Part shown: in pieces, positions 36,447 to 47,594 of the stretch
Layout: each line of letters begins with the position of its first letter
Position numbering within the stretch: the stretch's first letter is position 1
Source of the DNA: Holophagales bacterium
GTDB lineage: Bacteria > Acidobacteriota > Thermoanaerobaculia > UBA5066
Direction: 5' to 3'
Assembly: GCA_016719485.1 (NCBI GenBank)
Contig: JADJZB010000002.1
Location: 262,346-326,345, forward strand
Length of the DNA: 64,000 nt
Position numbers and translations under genes: made by a program
Notes under the pieces: model-generated
What the model was told of the DNA's origin: nothing
Databases searched by the model: none
The model's input: only the letters and a program-made list of their open reading frames with translations

Positions 36447-38203
36447 CCCCGGCCTTCCCGCCGCCCCGAGTCTCACGCTCCCTTCGGACGCACTCCGCGG
36501 ACGTGGCGGAGCGCCTCGTGCGGGCGCTGGGGATCCCGGACGCCCTCGCGCGCGTTCTCGCGGCGCGCGGCATCGCGTCGGCGGACGAGGCCCGGGCGTG
36601 GCTCGAGCCCGGTATCGAGACCCTTCACGATCCGTTCGGAATGGGCGGCATGCCGGAGGCCGTGGAGCTCCTCGTTCGGGCTGCAAAGCGCGGAGGCCGC
36701 GTCGTCGTCTTCGGCGATTACGACTGCGACGGCATCGGCGCCCTCGCCATCCTCACGACGACTCTCAAACGGCTCGGAGCCGACGCGGTCCCGTTCGTGC
36801 CGCACCGTCTCCTGGACGGCTACGGCCTGAGGGCCGAGACCCTGCGCCGGGTTCTCGACGAGCACGCTCCCGAGGGCATCGTCACTGTCGACTGCGGCAT
36901 CACGGCCGTCGATCCGATTCGCGAGGCCGTGGACCGCGGCGTTTTCGTGGTGGTGACCGACCATCACCTCCCTTCCGAGGAGCTGCCGAAGGGCGCCGTC
37001 CTCCTCAACCCGAGGATCCCCGGCTGTCCCTACCCGTTCAAGGAGCTCGCGGGTGCTGGCATCGCCTGGAAGCTGTCCGAGGCGCTGCTGCGCACGGATG
37101 GAGCCCGGGTCGGGATCAGCGACGGTTCCGTCCGGTCCTGGATGGCCTCCCTCGCCAAGGTGGCGGCGCTCTCGACGATCGCCGACATGGTGCCGCTCAC
37201 GGGAGAGAACCGGGTCCTGACGTCGTGGGGCCTCACCGGCCTGGCCGAGCCCCGGTCACCCGGCCTGACGGCTCTCCTCGCGCGCTGTTCCGTGAGGGCC
37301 GGCAAGAGCCCCTCGGTTCACGACGTGGCCTTCCGGATCGCGCCGCGCCTGAACGCGTCGGGCCGCATCGATCACGCCTTTCGCGCCCTCGAACTCCTGA
37401 CGACGACCGACCCCGCCAGGGCCAACGTCCTCGCCGACGAGATCGAAGCCGCGAACACCGAGCGGCGGCGCATGCAGGAGAGAGTCGTCGCGGCCGCCTT
37501 CGGGAGGCTCGAGAAGACGTTCGACCCCTCCCGGGACGCGCTCGTGGTTGAAGCCGGAACGCCGGAAGAGGGGTGGCATCGTGGCGTCCTCGGGATCGCC
37601 GCGTCGAGAGTCGCCCAGGCGCTCCATCGCCCGGTCCTTCTCCTCTCGCGGGACAACGGCCGTGTCGGCGGCAGCGGAAGGACCTGCGGGCGAACGCCCC
37701 TCTTCGATCGCCTCGCTCCCGTCGCGCGGAGGCACGCGGCCGACTTCGGAGGCCACCACGCCGCGATCGGTCTCTCCGTCCCGGCGGCGGGGTTCGAGGC
37801 CTTTCGCGACGAGGCACAGGCCGCGTTCGCCCAGGCCCGCGACGACGAAGAATGGAGCGTCGTCTACGAGGCCGATACGGTGCTCGCACCCGTGGAGGTG
37901 ACTCCGGCGCTCGTCGAGGCTCTCACGAGGCTGGAGCCTCACGGAATGGGCAATCCGCGGCCTCTTTTCCTCCTGCCGTCCCTCCGGTGGGACGGACGCG
38001 GAAGGCCGGTCGGGGAACGTGGCCTGCGCGTGACGTTCGAGCGCGACGGCCTCCGTCTCGAAGCGGTCGGCTGGTCGCTCGGCACGATTCCCGGGCCGGA
38101 CCGGAGGGGGGCCTGGGACATCCTCGCGAACGTGTCCCACGACGCGTTCCTCGGCCGGCCGGGACTGACGGTCCTCGACGCAGTCCGGGTGGAGAGCGCA
38201 TGA
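36443..38203 (+). CDS. recJ: Single-stranded-DNA-specific exonuclease RecJ.
   Basis: DHH motifs ([26 protein letters not shown]) plus a DHHA1 C-terminal region. GTG start. Confidence 0.9.
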   Translation: MTPAFPPPRVSRSLRTHSADVAERLVRALGIPDALARVLAARGIASADEARAWLEPGIETLHDPFGMGGMPEAVELLVRAAKRGGRVVVFGDYDCDGIGALAILTTTLKRLGADAVPFVPHRLLDGYGLRAETLRRVLDEHAPEGIVTVDCGITAVDPIREAVDRGVFVVVTDHHLPSEELPKGAVLLNPRIPGCPYPFKELAGAGIAWKLSEALLRTDGARVGISDGSVRSWMASLAKVAALSTIADMVPLTGENRVLTSWGLTGLAEPRSPGLTALLARCSVRAGKSPSVHDVAFRIAPRLNASGRIDHAFRALELLTTTDPARANVLADEIEAANTERRRMQERVVAAAFGRLEKTFDPSRDALVVEAGTPEEGWHRGVLGIAASRVAQALHRPVLLLSRDNGRVGGSGRTCGRTPLFDRLAPVARRHAADFGGHHAAIGLSVPAAGFEAFRDEAQAAFAQARDDEEWSVVYEADTVLAPVEVTPALVEALTRLEPHGMGNPRPLFLLPSLRWDGRGRPVGERGLRVTFERDGLRLEAVGWSLGTIPGPDRRGAWDILANVSHDAFLGRPGLTVLDAVRVESA

Positions 38204-40212
38204 CGGGCAGGACCCGACGCGTCCTCCGGCGCGCGCTCGCTTTCCTGGCGCTCGGAGGCTTCCCGCTCCTCGTCGTCTTTTCGTACCAGCCCTCGGGTGC
38301 CCGGACGCTGGAAGCGCGGGACGAGGTCGCCGAGACCCTCCTGCGCGAGTCGCAGGGAGAGCGCGACCGGCTTCGGTTCGAGGACTTCGACTATTCCGAG
38401 AGCGAGGGTGGAGGGGCGGAGGTCTACCGGCTCCGGGCGGCCGAGGCGATCGCGTTCGCCGAGGGCGCCGACAGGATGTTCCGGCTGAAGGACGTCACCT
38501 TCCAGAGCCGCGACGCGGCGACGGGCCGAACCGCGATCGTCGCCGCTCCCCGTGCGGAGTTCGTCCCCTCGACCAAGGCGTTCCGGGTCTTCGAGGGAGT
38601 ACGCATCGATGGGGAAGGGGTCGGCGTTCGAAGCGTGTCCTTCCGGTACGACCCACTCCTCAAGCTCCTCGTCTCGGAGGGCCCCGTCACGGCCCTGCGG
38701 GACGGGCTCTTCGCGACGGCCCTCGAAGGTTCCGTCGAGACGGCCGCGGGAGTCGTCCGATTCCGAAAGCAGGTACGCATGAGGGGGGCAGACGAGAGGG
38801 GGCGGCGAGTCGCGCTCTCCGCGGACGAGGTCGACCTGAGGCGAGGCGGCGGGTTCTCGGCCCGCGGAGCGGTGGTCCTGAGGACCGACGAGCTTCTCCT
38901 GCGGGGCGACGAGGCCGAGCGGGAGCCCGTCGGCGAGGCGGAAGACCTGCGGGCGCACGGCTCCGTCGTCGCAGTGCTCCTTCCCGTTCGTGGACAGGCT
39001 CTCACGAGCCTGGTCCGGGCGGAAGGGGATCGCCTGGAGCTAAGGCGCGACGCGACCGGCGCGGCCTCGAGACTGCTGCTTTCGGGCGCCCCTGCGAGAC
39101 TCGACATCCCTCCCGATGGCCCGTCGGGCGCTCGAAATGCGGTTTCGCCCGACTTCGAGGCATCGCTCGCCGGTGGGACCCTGACGCGCGTGACGGTCCC
39201 CGGAAGGCTCTCCATGGCCGAGTCGGCGCCGGAGGCGCGTCACGGCGCGAAGTCACCCCCGGCGGCGCGACTCCTCACGGCGGGCAGCGGGCAGCTCTCC
39301 TTCGGACCCGACGGGAGGACGATCGAGACCGCGATTCTGGACGGCGGCGTGACGCTGGCCGAGGGACCGAGGACGTCCGTCAGCGCCCCTCGCGCCACGC
39401 TTCGGGCGACGGACGAGAGCGCGGTCTTCGCCGGGACCGTCGACGCCCCGGCGCGCTACGAGGACGAGAAGACCCGCGTCCTTGCGACCGTCCTCACCTG
39501 GTTCCGCCGGGACGAGCGGATCGAAGGGGCGGGAAGCGTGAAGACGACCTTTCGGGGCCGCGAGGGGACCGAGATCCTCGGCGCCACGTCGGATGCGCCC
39601 GTCTCTTCCGAGTCGGACTTCCTCCGCGTCACCTCGGCGGACCGGAGAGTCCTCCTCACCGGAAACGTCACGGCCTGGCAGGAGGAGAACGTACTTCGGG
39701 CGCAGTCCCTCCTTCTCGACGACCGGGACCGATCGCTCCGTGCCGAAGGAAACGTCCGGGCAACCCTCCGGCGGAGAAGGGTCGATCCGGAGACGAGCAT
39801 CGCCGCCGTCGAGACGGTCGCGGCGTCAGGAAGCGTCCTGACGCACCGCGAGGCCGATCGCCTCGTGCGCATCGAAGGCTCTTCCAGCGTCAGCTCCGGG
39901 ACGTGGGTGATGAAGGCCGACGTCACGGACGTCGTTCTCGGACCGGAACGAACCATAGACCACGCGGAGGCTCGCGGGAACGTCACGGTCGAGGACCGCG
40001 CCGACAAGCGCCGTGGCGAGGGCTCCAGGGCCACCTGGCGACCGCAGGCCGAGGCGATCGCACTCGAGGGGACGCCCGCGACCGCCTTCGACGGAAAGGG
40101 AAACCGGATGACCGGAGCTCGCCTGACTTTCCAGAAAGGGAGCGGCCGCGTCGACGTGGAAACGGGACCAGGGATCCCCAGCCAGGGGATCCTGCGACCG
40201 GAGGGAATTTGA
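38200..40212 (+). CDS. LptC/LptA (OstA)-like periplasmic LPS-transport protein with an N-terminal membrane anchor. It is unusually long at 670 aa.
   Basis: N-terminal TM/anchor ([22 protein letters not shown]). Repeated beta-jellyroll-like segments of the type ...RxxLxGNV.../...ARGNVTV.... Immediately upstream of lptB with overlapping stop/start. Confidence 0.55.
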   Translation: MTGRTRRVLRRALAFLALGGFPLLVVFSYQPSGARTLEARDEVAETLLRESQGERDRLRFEDFDYSESEGGGAEVYRLRAAEAIAFAEGADRMFRLKDVTFQSRDAATGRTAIVAAPRAEFVPSTKAFRVFEGVRIDGEGVGVRSVSFRYDPLLKLLVSEGPVTALRDGLFATALEGSVETAAGVVRFRKQVRMRGADERGRRVALSADEVDLRRGGGFSARGAVVLRTDELLLRGDEAEREPVGEAEDLRAHGSVVAVLLPVRGQALTSLVRAEGDRLELRRDATGAASRLLLSGAPARLDIPPDGPSGARNAVSPDFEASLAGGTLTRVTVPGRLSMAESAPEARHGAKSPPAARLLTAGSGQLSFGPDGRTIETAILDGGVTLAEGPRTSVSAPRATLRATDESAVFAGTVDAPARYEDEKTRVLATVLTWFRRDERIEGAGSVKTTFRGREGTEILGATSDAPVSSESDFLRVTSADRRVLLTGNVTAWQEENVLRAQSLLLDDRDRSLRAEGNVRATLRRRRVDPETSIAAVETVAASGSVLTHREADRLVRIEGSSSVSSGTWVMKADVTDVVLGPERTIDHAEARGNVTVEDRADKRRGEGSRATWRPQAEAIALEGTPATAFDGKGNRMTGARLTFQKGSGRVDVETGPGIPSQGILRPEGI

Positions 40213-40949
40213 GCGAGACACGCCCGCGCCTCGCGGCAGAGGGGCTCAAGAAGGTCTACAGGGGCCGCACGGTCGTCGACGGAGTGTCCCTGACGGTGGA
40301 CGGGGGCGAGGTCGTCGGCCTGCTGGGTCCCAACGGTGCGGGAAAGACGACGACCTTCTCGATCGTCGTCGGGCTGGTGGAGCCGGATGCCGGGCACGTT
40401 CTCCTCGACGGAGAGGAGATCACGGAGCTCGCGATGTTCCGGCGCGCCAGGCGGGGCGTGGGCTATCTCCCTCAAGAGGCGTCGGTCTTCCGCAAGATGA
40501 CCGCCCTCGAGAACCTCGTCGCGATCCTCGAGACGCTGCCACTCCTCTCCCGGAACGAGCGGCTCGAGCGGGCCCACGAGCTCCTCGACCGGTTCAAGCT
40601 CTCCCATCTCTCGACGTCCGTCGCCGACACGCTCTCCGGGGGCGAGCGGAGGCGCCTCGAAATCGCCCGCGCCCTGACCCTGTCTCCCCGCTTCCTCCTC
40701 CTCGACGAGCCCTTCGCCGGAATCGACCCCATCACGGTCCTCGACCTGCAGCACGTCATCCGGGAACTGGCGACGACCGGCATCGGCATCCTCATCACCG
40801 ATCACAACGTGAGGGATACCCTCGCCATCGTCGACCGCGGCTACATCATCAACGCCGGCGTGATCTTCAGGACCGGTTCGCCGGTCACGCTGTCCGAGGA
40901 CCCCGAGGTGCGGCGGGTCTACCTCGGAGACCGCTTCCGGCTGGACTAG
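40209..40949 (+). CDS. lptB: LPS export ABC transporter ATP-binding protein.
   Basis: Walker A (GPNGAGKTT), Q-loop, signature ([15 protein letters not shown]), Walker B ([11 protein letters not shown]) and H-loop. The TTG start overlaps the preceding stop; a later GTG is possible. Confidence 0.85.
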   Translation: MSETRPRLAAEGLKKVYRGRTVVDGVSLTVDGGEVVGLLGPNGAGKTTTFSIVVGLVEPDAGHVLLDGEEITELAMFRRARRGVGYLPQEASVFRKMTALENLVAILETLPLLSRNERLERAHELLDRFKLSHLSTSVADTLSGGERRRLEIARALTLSPRFLLLDEPFAGIDPITVLDLQHVIRELATTGIGILITDHNVRDTLAIVDRGYIINAGVIFRTGSPVTLSEDPEVRRVYLGDRFRLD

Positions 40950-40991
40950 AATCGCAGAAGAGATCACGCCGTCCGGCGCGCTTCATTCATC

Positions 40992-42588
40992 GTGGGACTC
41001 GAACAGAAACTCTCCCTCAAGCTCTCGCAGCGGCTCGTCATGACGCCGACGCTGCAGCAGGCCATCAAGCTGCTGCAGATGACGCGTCTGGAGCTCCAGG
41101 ACGTCGTCACCCAGGAGATCGTCGAGAACCCGGTCCTGGAGGAGGACGAGACCCCGGAATCGCCGTCGGCCGAGGCCGAGGAACCGGTCGCCTCGCAGGA
41201 GCGGGAGGACGCGGGGACCGCGGACCGCCCGGGCGAGGGCGCGGACGGTCCCGACACCGCCGGCTCGACCTGGGAAGAGGGAAATGCGGTTCCCCAGGAA
41301 TCGGCGCCTCCCGAGCCCGCGCCGGGAACGGCCGAGGCGGAGATCCCGGCCGAGTCGACCCAGGAGTCGTCCTTCGAAGCGATCGATCTCGAGTCCTACT
41401 TCGGCGACTACCTCGAGGGGAGCTCCTCGACCGCCCCGAGGATGAACGAGGAAGGTGAGGAGTTCTCCCTGGAGAACCGGGCCGAAGCCCCTCCCGGCCT
41501 CGATGCCCACCTCGCCGAGCAGCTGGGCGTCTCGGAGGCGGTCCCGGTCGTACGGGAAGCATGCGCCTTCATGATCGGGAACGTGGACGCGGACGGGTAC
41601 CTGCGCATCACGCTCCCGGAGGTCTGCGCCGCGATCCCGTGTACCGAGGAAGAGGCGGACCTCGCGCTCGCCCTCCTCCAGTCGTTCGATCCGGTGGGTG
41701 TCGGAGCCCGGAACCTGCCCGAGTGCCTCCTGATCCAGGCGCGGGCCGCGGGCGTCGCGACGCCCCTCCTCGAGGACCTCTTCACGAACCGGCTCGCCGA
41801 CCTCGCGAGCAAGGCGGTCCCCGTCCTCGCGCGGCAGATGAACGTTCCGGTCGAAGAGCTCCAGCAGGCGATCGAGGTCCTGAAGCACCTCGACCCGAAG
41901 CCCGGGCGCTGCTACGACTCCTCGCGAACGATCTACGTCGAGCCCGACGTCCAGGTCGTGAAAGTCGACGACGACTACGTCGTCCTCTTCAACGACGACG
42001 GCCTTCCCCGCCTGAAGATCTCTTCCTTCTATCGCCGCCTCCTCGTCTCGAGCAACGGCTCCTCTCGACGGAGAGGGCCGGAGCTACCTGCGCGAGAAGA
42101 TGCGGGCGGCCCAGTGGCTCATGAAGAGCCTCGACCAGCGTAAGAGGACGATCGTCAGGGTCGCAGAATCGATCGTCCGCAAGCAGCGCGACTACCTCGA
42201 CTGGGGTGTGGCGCACCTGCGGCCGCTGATCCTGAGGGACGTCGCCGACGACATCGGGATGCACGAATCCACGGTCTCGCGCGTCGTCTCCAACAAGTGG
42301 ATGGCGACGCCCCGGGGCCTCCTCCCGATGAAGTTCTTCTTCCACTCGGCGATCAGCTCTTCGGCCGGGGAGGACGTCTCGTCCCTCGCCGTCAAGGGGA
42401 AGATCCGCGCCCTCGTCGAAGCCGAGGACTCGGCGCACCCCCTGTCCGACGCGCGCCTCGCCGAGCTCCTCGCCCGCGAGGGAATCCGCATCGCCCGGAG
42501 GACCGTCGCGAAGTACCGCGAGGAGCTGCACATTCCGTCCAGCTCGATCCGAAAGGTGGAGCGTGGGCCAGCCGGTCCTCCGGCGTGA
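40992..42588 (+). CDS. rpoN: RNA polymerase sigma-54 factor. The frame is broken by a 1-nt indel near 42060-42080 in this sequence.
   Basis: N-terminal region I (LKLSQRLVMTPTLQQAIKLLQMTRLEL), acidic region II, and core-binding region in frame 0 up to ...YRRLL. The C-terminal part (SYLREKMRAAQWLMKSL...HTH...RpoN box ARRTVAKYRE) continues in frame +1. Confidence 0.8.
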
Positions 42589-42619
42589 GGCCCCAACGCA
42601 GGAGTAGCAAGGAGGCACG

Positions 42620-43153
42620 ATGAAAGTCGAAATCACGGCCCGGCGTCTCACCGTCGACGCGAAGACGAAGGACACGATCGAGAAGCGCCTCGACAAGCTC
42701 TCCAAGGTCCTCCCCAGGGAGGCCGACGCAAAGGTCGTCATCCGCCTCGAGAAGAGGGGCGTGCTCGTCGAGGTCACGATCTCGGCCCGACAGCGGACCT
42801 GGGCCGCGGAGGCGGTGGCGGCCGACCAGCTGACGGCTGCGCAGAACGCCCTCGACCGGGTCGCCGCGCAGGCGAAGAAGACGAAGGCGCGGGTCAAGGA
42901 AGAGAAGAAGCACACGACCTCCGCCGTGCGCAAGGCCGTCCCGGCCGCCCCGGCCGAACCGCCCGTCCCCGCGCGCGAGAAGCCGCCCCGGAGCGAGACC
43001 TACGAGGCTCGACGGATGTTCGACGAGGACGCCCTGCACGCCTTCAGTCACAGCAAGAAGGACGTTTTCGCCTACCGTGACCCGTCCGACGAGGCCCTTC
43101 GCGTCCTCTATCGCCGCAAGGACGGGTCGGTCGTGGTCCTGACCCCGGTCTAG
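42620..43153 (+). CDS. hpf: Ribosome hibernation promoting factor (long HPF/RaiA).
   Basis: MKVEITARRLTVDAKTKDTIEKRLDKLSKVL... is the sigma-54 modulation protein fold, with a C-terminal dimerisation extension. Strong RBS GCAAGGAGG. Confidence 0.85.
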   Translation: MKVEITARRLTVDAKTKDTIEKRLDKLSKVLPREADAKVVIRLEKRGVLVEVTISARQRTWAAEAVAADQLTAAQNALDRVAAQAKKTKARVKEEKKHTTSAVRKAVPAAPAEPPVPAREKPPRSETYEARRMFDEDALHAFSHSKKDVFAYRDPSDEALRVLYRRKDGSVVVLTPV

Positions 43154-43163
43154 GAAATCCTCG

Positions 43164-44180
43164 ATGCTCCCTACGCCCCCCGAGACGAAGCCGCATGTCA
43201 GGGCCGCCGACCTCGAGTTGCCCGCCCTGGCGCCGCTCGGGCTGAAGCTCGTCTCGGGGCGCGCCGGGCTGGACCGTCCGATCGAGTGGCCGCGCGTCCA
43301 GAAGCCGGGGCTGGCCATCGCCGGGTTCCTGCCCTACGTCCGGGCGAGGCGGGTGCAGATCCTCGGCGAGAGCGAGTTCGACTACCTGCGGACTCTCTCC
43401 CCGCGCGTCGTCAAGGAACGGTTCGACGCCTTCACCGCGCTGGGGATGTCGTGCGTCATCGTCACGAAGGGGATCCGTCCGCCCGCCGTTCTCAAGCGCC
43501 TGTGTCAGGAGAGGGACGTCCCGCTCTTCGTGACGCCGCGCCTGACGAGCACCGTCATCGAAGGCCTGACGGCCTTCCTGGAGGAATCCCTCGCTCCCCG
43601 CGTGACGCTCCACGGCGTGCTCGTGGAGGTCGGCGGGCTCGGGACGCTCCTCCTCGGCGATTCGGGAGTCGGCAAGAGCGAGTGCGCCCTCGCCCTCGTC
43701 CAGCGCGGCCACCGCCTCGTCGCCGACGACCTGGTCGTCGTCAAGCGTTTCCACAACGACGCACTGGTCGGCTCGTCGGCGGGTGTCATTCGGCACCACA
43801 TGGAGCTTCGGGGCCTCGGAATCGTCAACGTGCCGCTCCTGTTCGGCGTGGCGGCGGTCCTCGAACGGCACACCGTCGAGCTCGTCATCCGGCTGTCCCA
43901 CTGGGTCGAGGGCGTCGAGTACGATCGCCTCGGCCTCGACGAGGAGACCGAGACGATTCTCGGCGTCGCCGTCCCGCTCGTGAGGATGCCGGTCGCGACC
44001 GGTCGTGACGTCGCCCTCCTGGTCGAGATTGCGGCCCGCAACCACCTCTTGAAACGCCGCGGCTACAACGCCGCGAAGGAGATGGCGGCCCGGGTGCACG
44101 AGGAGATCGCCCGCCGAAGCGCCTCCGACAGGGAACGGAAACGGCCCCCGCGCAGGCGCCGCCGGGCGGTGGACGCGTGA
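43164..44180 (+). CDS. hprK: HPr kinase/phosphorylase.
   Basis: P-loop (GDSGVGKSECAL), the conserved HMELRGLGIVNV, and the C-terminal catalytic region. Confidence 0.9.
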   Translation: MLPTPPETKPHVRAADLELPALAPLGLKLVSGRAGLDRPIEWPRVQKPGLAIAGFLPYVRARRVQILGESEFDYLRTLSPRVVKERFDAFTALGMSCVIVTKGIRPPAVLKRLCQERDVPLFVTPRLTSTVIEGLTAFLEESLAPRVTLHGVLVEVGGLGTLLLGDSGVGKSECALALVQRGHRLVADDLVVVKRFHNDALVGSSAGVIRHHMELRGLGIVNVPLLFGVAAVLERHTVELVIRLSHWVEGVEYDRLGLDEETETILGVAVPLVRMPVATGRDVALLVEIAARNHLLKRRGYNAAKEMAARVHEEIARRSASDRERKRPPRRRRRAVDA

Positions 44181-45058
44181 GCGACGCCGCGAGCGAGCAC
44201 CACCTCCTCGTCGTCACGGGCCTTTCCGGTTCCGGAAAGTCCTACGCGGCGCACGCCCTCGAGGACATCGGCTACAACACGATCGACAACCTCCCTCTGT
44301 CGCTCCTCCGGGGGTTCAGCGAAGAAATGGCGTCGGGGCGAGGGCAGAAGGGGAGGACCGCGGTCGTTCTCGACGTCCGAAACCCGGGCTTCGCGGAGGC
44401 GTTCCCCACGCTTCTGGACGACCTTCGAGCCCTCCTCCCCGTCACCGTCGTCTTCCTCGAGGCGGACGACCCGACGATCTACCGGCGTTTCTCCGAGACC
44501 CGTCGCCCCCACCCTCTCGCCCAGGAACGAACCCTGACCGAGGCCGTCTCGTGGGAGCGCCACCTGCTCGCCGAGGTAAAAGGGAAGGCCGACCTCGTTC
44601 TGGACACGACCGCGATGACGGTCCACGAGCTTCGCTCCGTCCTCGCGGAGCACTTTCGCGCGCCGGGAGACCCGGGAGTGCTCGCGGTGTCGATCGTCTC
44701 GTTCGGGTTCAAGCACGGCGTGCCGCCGTCGATCGACCTCTGTTTCGACGTGCGGTTCCTCGCGAATCCCCACTTCGTACCGGAACTGAGGCCCAGGACG
44801 GGGCGCGACCCCGAAGTGGCCCGATTCATCGAGGAAGGGGTCGCGACGGGCCCGTTTTACAGGCGCCTCCTGGAGTTTCTTCTCTTCTGCCTTCCCAACT
44901 ATCGCCGAGAGAACCGTGCGTACCTCACGATCGGCGTCGGATGCACCGGGGGGCGTCACCGTTCCGTTTACGTCGCCGAACGTCTCGGACGGGATCTGGC
45001 CGCCGCCGGCTACCCCGTCCGGATCGCCCATCGCGACGACACCCGAGAAGGACCATGA
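44177..45058 (+). CDS. rapZ: RNase adapter protein RapZ (YhbJ-like P-loop NTPase).
   Basis: LLVVTGLSGSGKSYAAHALEDIGYNTIDNLP is the canonical RapZ N-terminus. C-terminal region includes GCTGGRHRSV. GTGA overlap with hprK. Confidence 0.9.
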   Translation: MSDAASEHHLLVVTGLSGSGKSYAAHALEDIGYNTIDNLPLSLLRGFSEEMASGRGQKGRTAVVLDVRNPGFAEAFPTLLDDLRALLPVTVVFLEADDPTIYRRFSETRRPHPLAQERTLTEAVSWERHLLAEVKGKADLVLDTTAMTVHELRSVLAEHFRAPGDPGVLAVSIVSFGFKHGVPPSIDLCFDVRFLANPHFVPELRPRTGRDPEVARFIEEGVATGPFYRRLLEFLLFCLPNYRRENRAYLTIGVGCTGGRHRSVYVAERLGRDLAAAGYPVRIAHRDDTREGP

Positions 45059-45513
45059 AGAAATCCGAAGAAACGCCCGCGGGGCTCGCGGCAAACGTCG
45101 GTCTCCTCCTGCTCTCGCACGGCCCGCTCGCGGACGCGTTGAGGGAGACGGTGAACGTGCTGGAGCCCGAGCAGATCGAGCCTCTGGGGGCCCTTTCCCT
45201 GGCGTGGGACGAGGCCCCCGAGAACGCTTCCGATCGACTCCAGAAGGCGATCGCGAAAGCCGACCGGGGGCGGGGTGTCGTCCTCCTGACCGACATGTTC
45301 GGCGGCACGCCGTCGAACCTCGCGCTCGCCTTCCTGCAGAAGGGGCGGATCGAGATCGTCACGGGGGTCAACCTGCCGATGGTCATGAAGGCGCGAGCCC
45401 TCGCGCGCGAGGGCAAGGACCCTTCGGAAATGGCCCGGACGCTCGTGGAGAAGGGGCGCCGCGCGATCGTCGCGGCCGGGGAGCTGATGGAGACGGAGAA
45501 GCGGCCCGCGTGA
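45055..45513 (+). CDS. PTS EIIA component, mannose/fructose family (likely regulatory).
   Basis: LLLSHGPLADALRETVNVL... carries the active-site His and matches the EIIA-Man fold pattern. ATGA overlap with rapZ. Confidence 0.7.
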   Translation: MKKSEETPAGLAANVGLLLLSHGPLADALRETVNVLEPEQIEPLGALSLAWDEAPENASDRLQKAIAKADRGRGVVLLTDMFGGTPSNLALAFLQKGRIEIVTGVNLPMVMKARALAREGKDPSEMARTLVEKGRRAIVAAGELMETEKRPA

Positions 45514-45779
45514 TCGAAAAGACCGTCGTCCTCAAGAACCGGCTCGGCCTTCACGCGCGCGCGGCGGCGAAGCTCGTCCATACCGCCGCCCACTACACGG
45601 CCCGCGTGACGCTCTCCAAGGATGGCGAGGACGTCGACGGGAAGAGCATCCTCGGCCTGCTCCTCCTGGCCGCGGGGAAAGGGACTCCCATCGTCGTCCG
45701 GACGGAGGGGATCGACGAGGCGGAAGCGATGACGGCGCTGGCGGATCTCGTCGAGAGGCGGTTCGACGAGTCGGAGTAA
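45510..45779 (+). CDS. ptsH: Phosphocarrier protein HPr.
   Basis: ...LKNRLGLHARAAAKLV... carries the active-site His, and GKSILGLLLLAAGKGT carries the regulatory Ser. 89 aa. GTGA overlap. Confidence 0.85.
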   Translation: MIEKTVVLKNRLGLHARAAAKLVHTAAHYTARVTLSKDGEDVDGKSILGLLLLAAGKGTPIVVRTEGIDEAEAMTALADLVERRFDESE

Positions 45780-45806
45780 TCCCCCGGAAGGCTACAATCT
45801 CGGCTC

Positions 45807-47594
45807 ATGAAGCGGTCCCTTTCGCTCTCCGGGATTCCCGTGTCTCCGGGAATCGCCGTCGGCCGGGCCGCCGTCTGGCTGGCACGTGCCGACTCCTCGC
45901 CCCGGAGAGACCTCGATGCCGAGGAGGTCCCAACGGAGCTCGAGAGGCTCCGTCTCGCCGTGGAATCGGGAATCCGGGAGATCGGCGAGATGGCGGGGCA
46001 GGTCGAGGAGCGCCTCGGCAAGGAGTACGCCGCGATCTTCCAGGCGCACGCTCTCTTCCTGAGGGACCCATCCTTCCTCGGTCCGATCGAGAAGAAGATC
46101 CGGGTGGAGAGGGTGAATGCCGAGTGGGCGGTGGAAGTCGTCGCCGACGGTCTCGCCTCGCGGCTGCGAGACCTGCCCGACAAGGACCTCGCCCTCAGGG
46201 CCTCCGACCTCGACGACGTCGCCGCGATCCTGAAGCGGAGTCTCGGAGAAGGGGAGGCGGCCGTCGACCGGCTCGCCTCGCTCACGGGCGACGCGTGCGT
46301 CATCGTTGCGGACGAGTTGACCCCCTCCGACGCCGTGCGCATTCCGCGCGACAAGGTCGTCGCTTTCGTCACGGAACGCGGAGGCAAGACCTCGCACGCT
46401 GCGATCCTCGCCCGCTCGTTCGGGCTGCCCGCCGTCGTCGCGATACCGAAGCTCCTCGCCTCGATCGGGGACGGGGACCGGCTCATCGTGGACGGTCGGG
46501 AAGGGGTCGTCTGGCGGGAGCCGTCGGAGGACGTCCTCACCCTCTTTCGCGAACGCCAGGGCCGCGATGCGACCCGGGAGCGGTCCCTCAAGGAGCGAAG
46601 TCTCTCCGGCCTCGCGCGGACGCGCGACGGCGAGGATGTGGCGATCCGCGCCAACATCGAGCTCGCCCGCGAGGTTCCGGACGTGTTCGAATACGGTGCC
46701 GATGGCGTCGGGCTCTTTCGCTCGGAGTTTCTCTATCTCTCCGGCGACGGTATGGAGTTCCCCGACGAGGCCACCCAGGCGGCCATCTACCGGGCTGTCG
46801 TGTCGCAGCTCGCGCCCCGGCCCGTCGTCATCCGAACGTACGACCTCGGCGGCAAGAAGGGCGCCCGCCACCTGTCCGGCGCCGAAGAGAACCCCGTCCT
46901 CGGCCTCCGCGGGGTCCGGCTCTGCTTCAGCCACCCGGAAATGTTCCGGACCCAGCTCCGTGCATTGCTCTCGGTTGCCTCGGAGGGGGACCTCAGAATC
47001 CTCGTTCCGATGGTCGCCGGCGTCGAGGACGTGCGCAGGGTCAGGACGTTCGTCGAGGAAGCCAGGGAAGAGCTCCTCGAGCGCGGCGTCAACGTCCCTC
47101 ACAGCGTACCGATCGGCGCGATGATCGAGGTCCCGTCGGCGGCGATCACCGCCGACCTGATCGCTCCGGAAGTCGACTTCCTCTCCCTCGGAACGAACGA
47201 CCTGACCCAGTACACGCTCGCCGCGGACCGTGCGAATGAAGCCGTGTCGGACATCTTCAGGCCACATCACCCGGCCATCCTCCGCCTCGTGGCCAGGGTG
47301 CAGGACGCGGCCCGCGCCGCCGGGAAGCCCCTCGCCGTCTGTGGTGAGATGGCTGCCGACCCCGCCCTCTTCCTTCTTCTCCTGGGCCTCGGCATCCGTG
47401 AGTTCTCGATGGGACCTCGATCCGTGCCTCTCCTGAAGGACGTCGCCCGGTGCGCCTCGGCGGCCGACGCGTCGAGGATGGCACGCGCCGCGCTTTCCCT
47501 TTCGACGCCCGATGACGTCGCCGCCCTTCTGGCACGGGAGGCCGAGGCCCTGCTGAGCGGCGACCCTGAGACCCGGGCAGCGGTGAACGCATGA
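45807..47594 (+). CDS. ptsI: Phosphoenolpyruvate-protein phosphotransferase (PTS Enzyme I).
   Basis: Phosphohistidine domain (GGKTSHAAILARSFGLP), PEP-utilising motifs (GLFRSEFLY, SLGTNDLTQY), and a C-terminal Cys (AVCGEMA). Confidence 0.9.
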   Translation: MKRSLSLSGIPVSPGIAVGRAAVWLARADSSPRRDLDAEEVPTELERLRLAVESGIREIGEMAGQVEERLGKEYAAIFQAHALFLRDPSFLGPIEKKIRVERVNAEWAVEVVADGLASRLRDLPDKDLALRASDLDDVAAILKRSLGEGEAAVDRLASLTGDACVIVADELTPSDAVRIPRDKVVAFVTERGGKTSHAAILARSFGLPAVVAIPKLLASIGDGDRLIVDGREGVVWREPSEDVLTLFRERQGRDATRERSLKERSLSGLARTRDGEDVAIRANIELAREVPDVFEYGADGVGLFRSEFLYLSGDGMEFPDEATQAAIYRAVVSQLAPRPVVIRTYDLGGKKGARHLSGAEENPVLGLRGVRLCFSHPEMFRTQLRALLSVASEGDLRILVPMVAGVEDVRRVRTFVEEAREELLERGVNVPHSVPIGAMIEVPSAAITADLIAPEVDFLSLGTNDLTQYTLAADRANEAVSDIFRPHHPAILRLVARVQDAARAAGKPLAVCGEMAADPALFLLLLGLGIREFSMGPRSVPLLKDVARCASAADASRMARAALSLSTPDDVAALLAREAEALLSGDPETRAAVNA

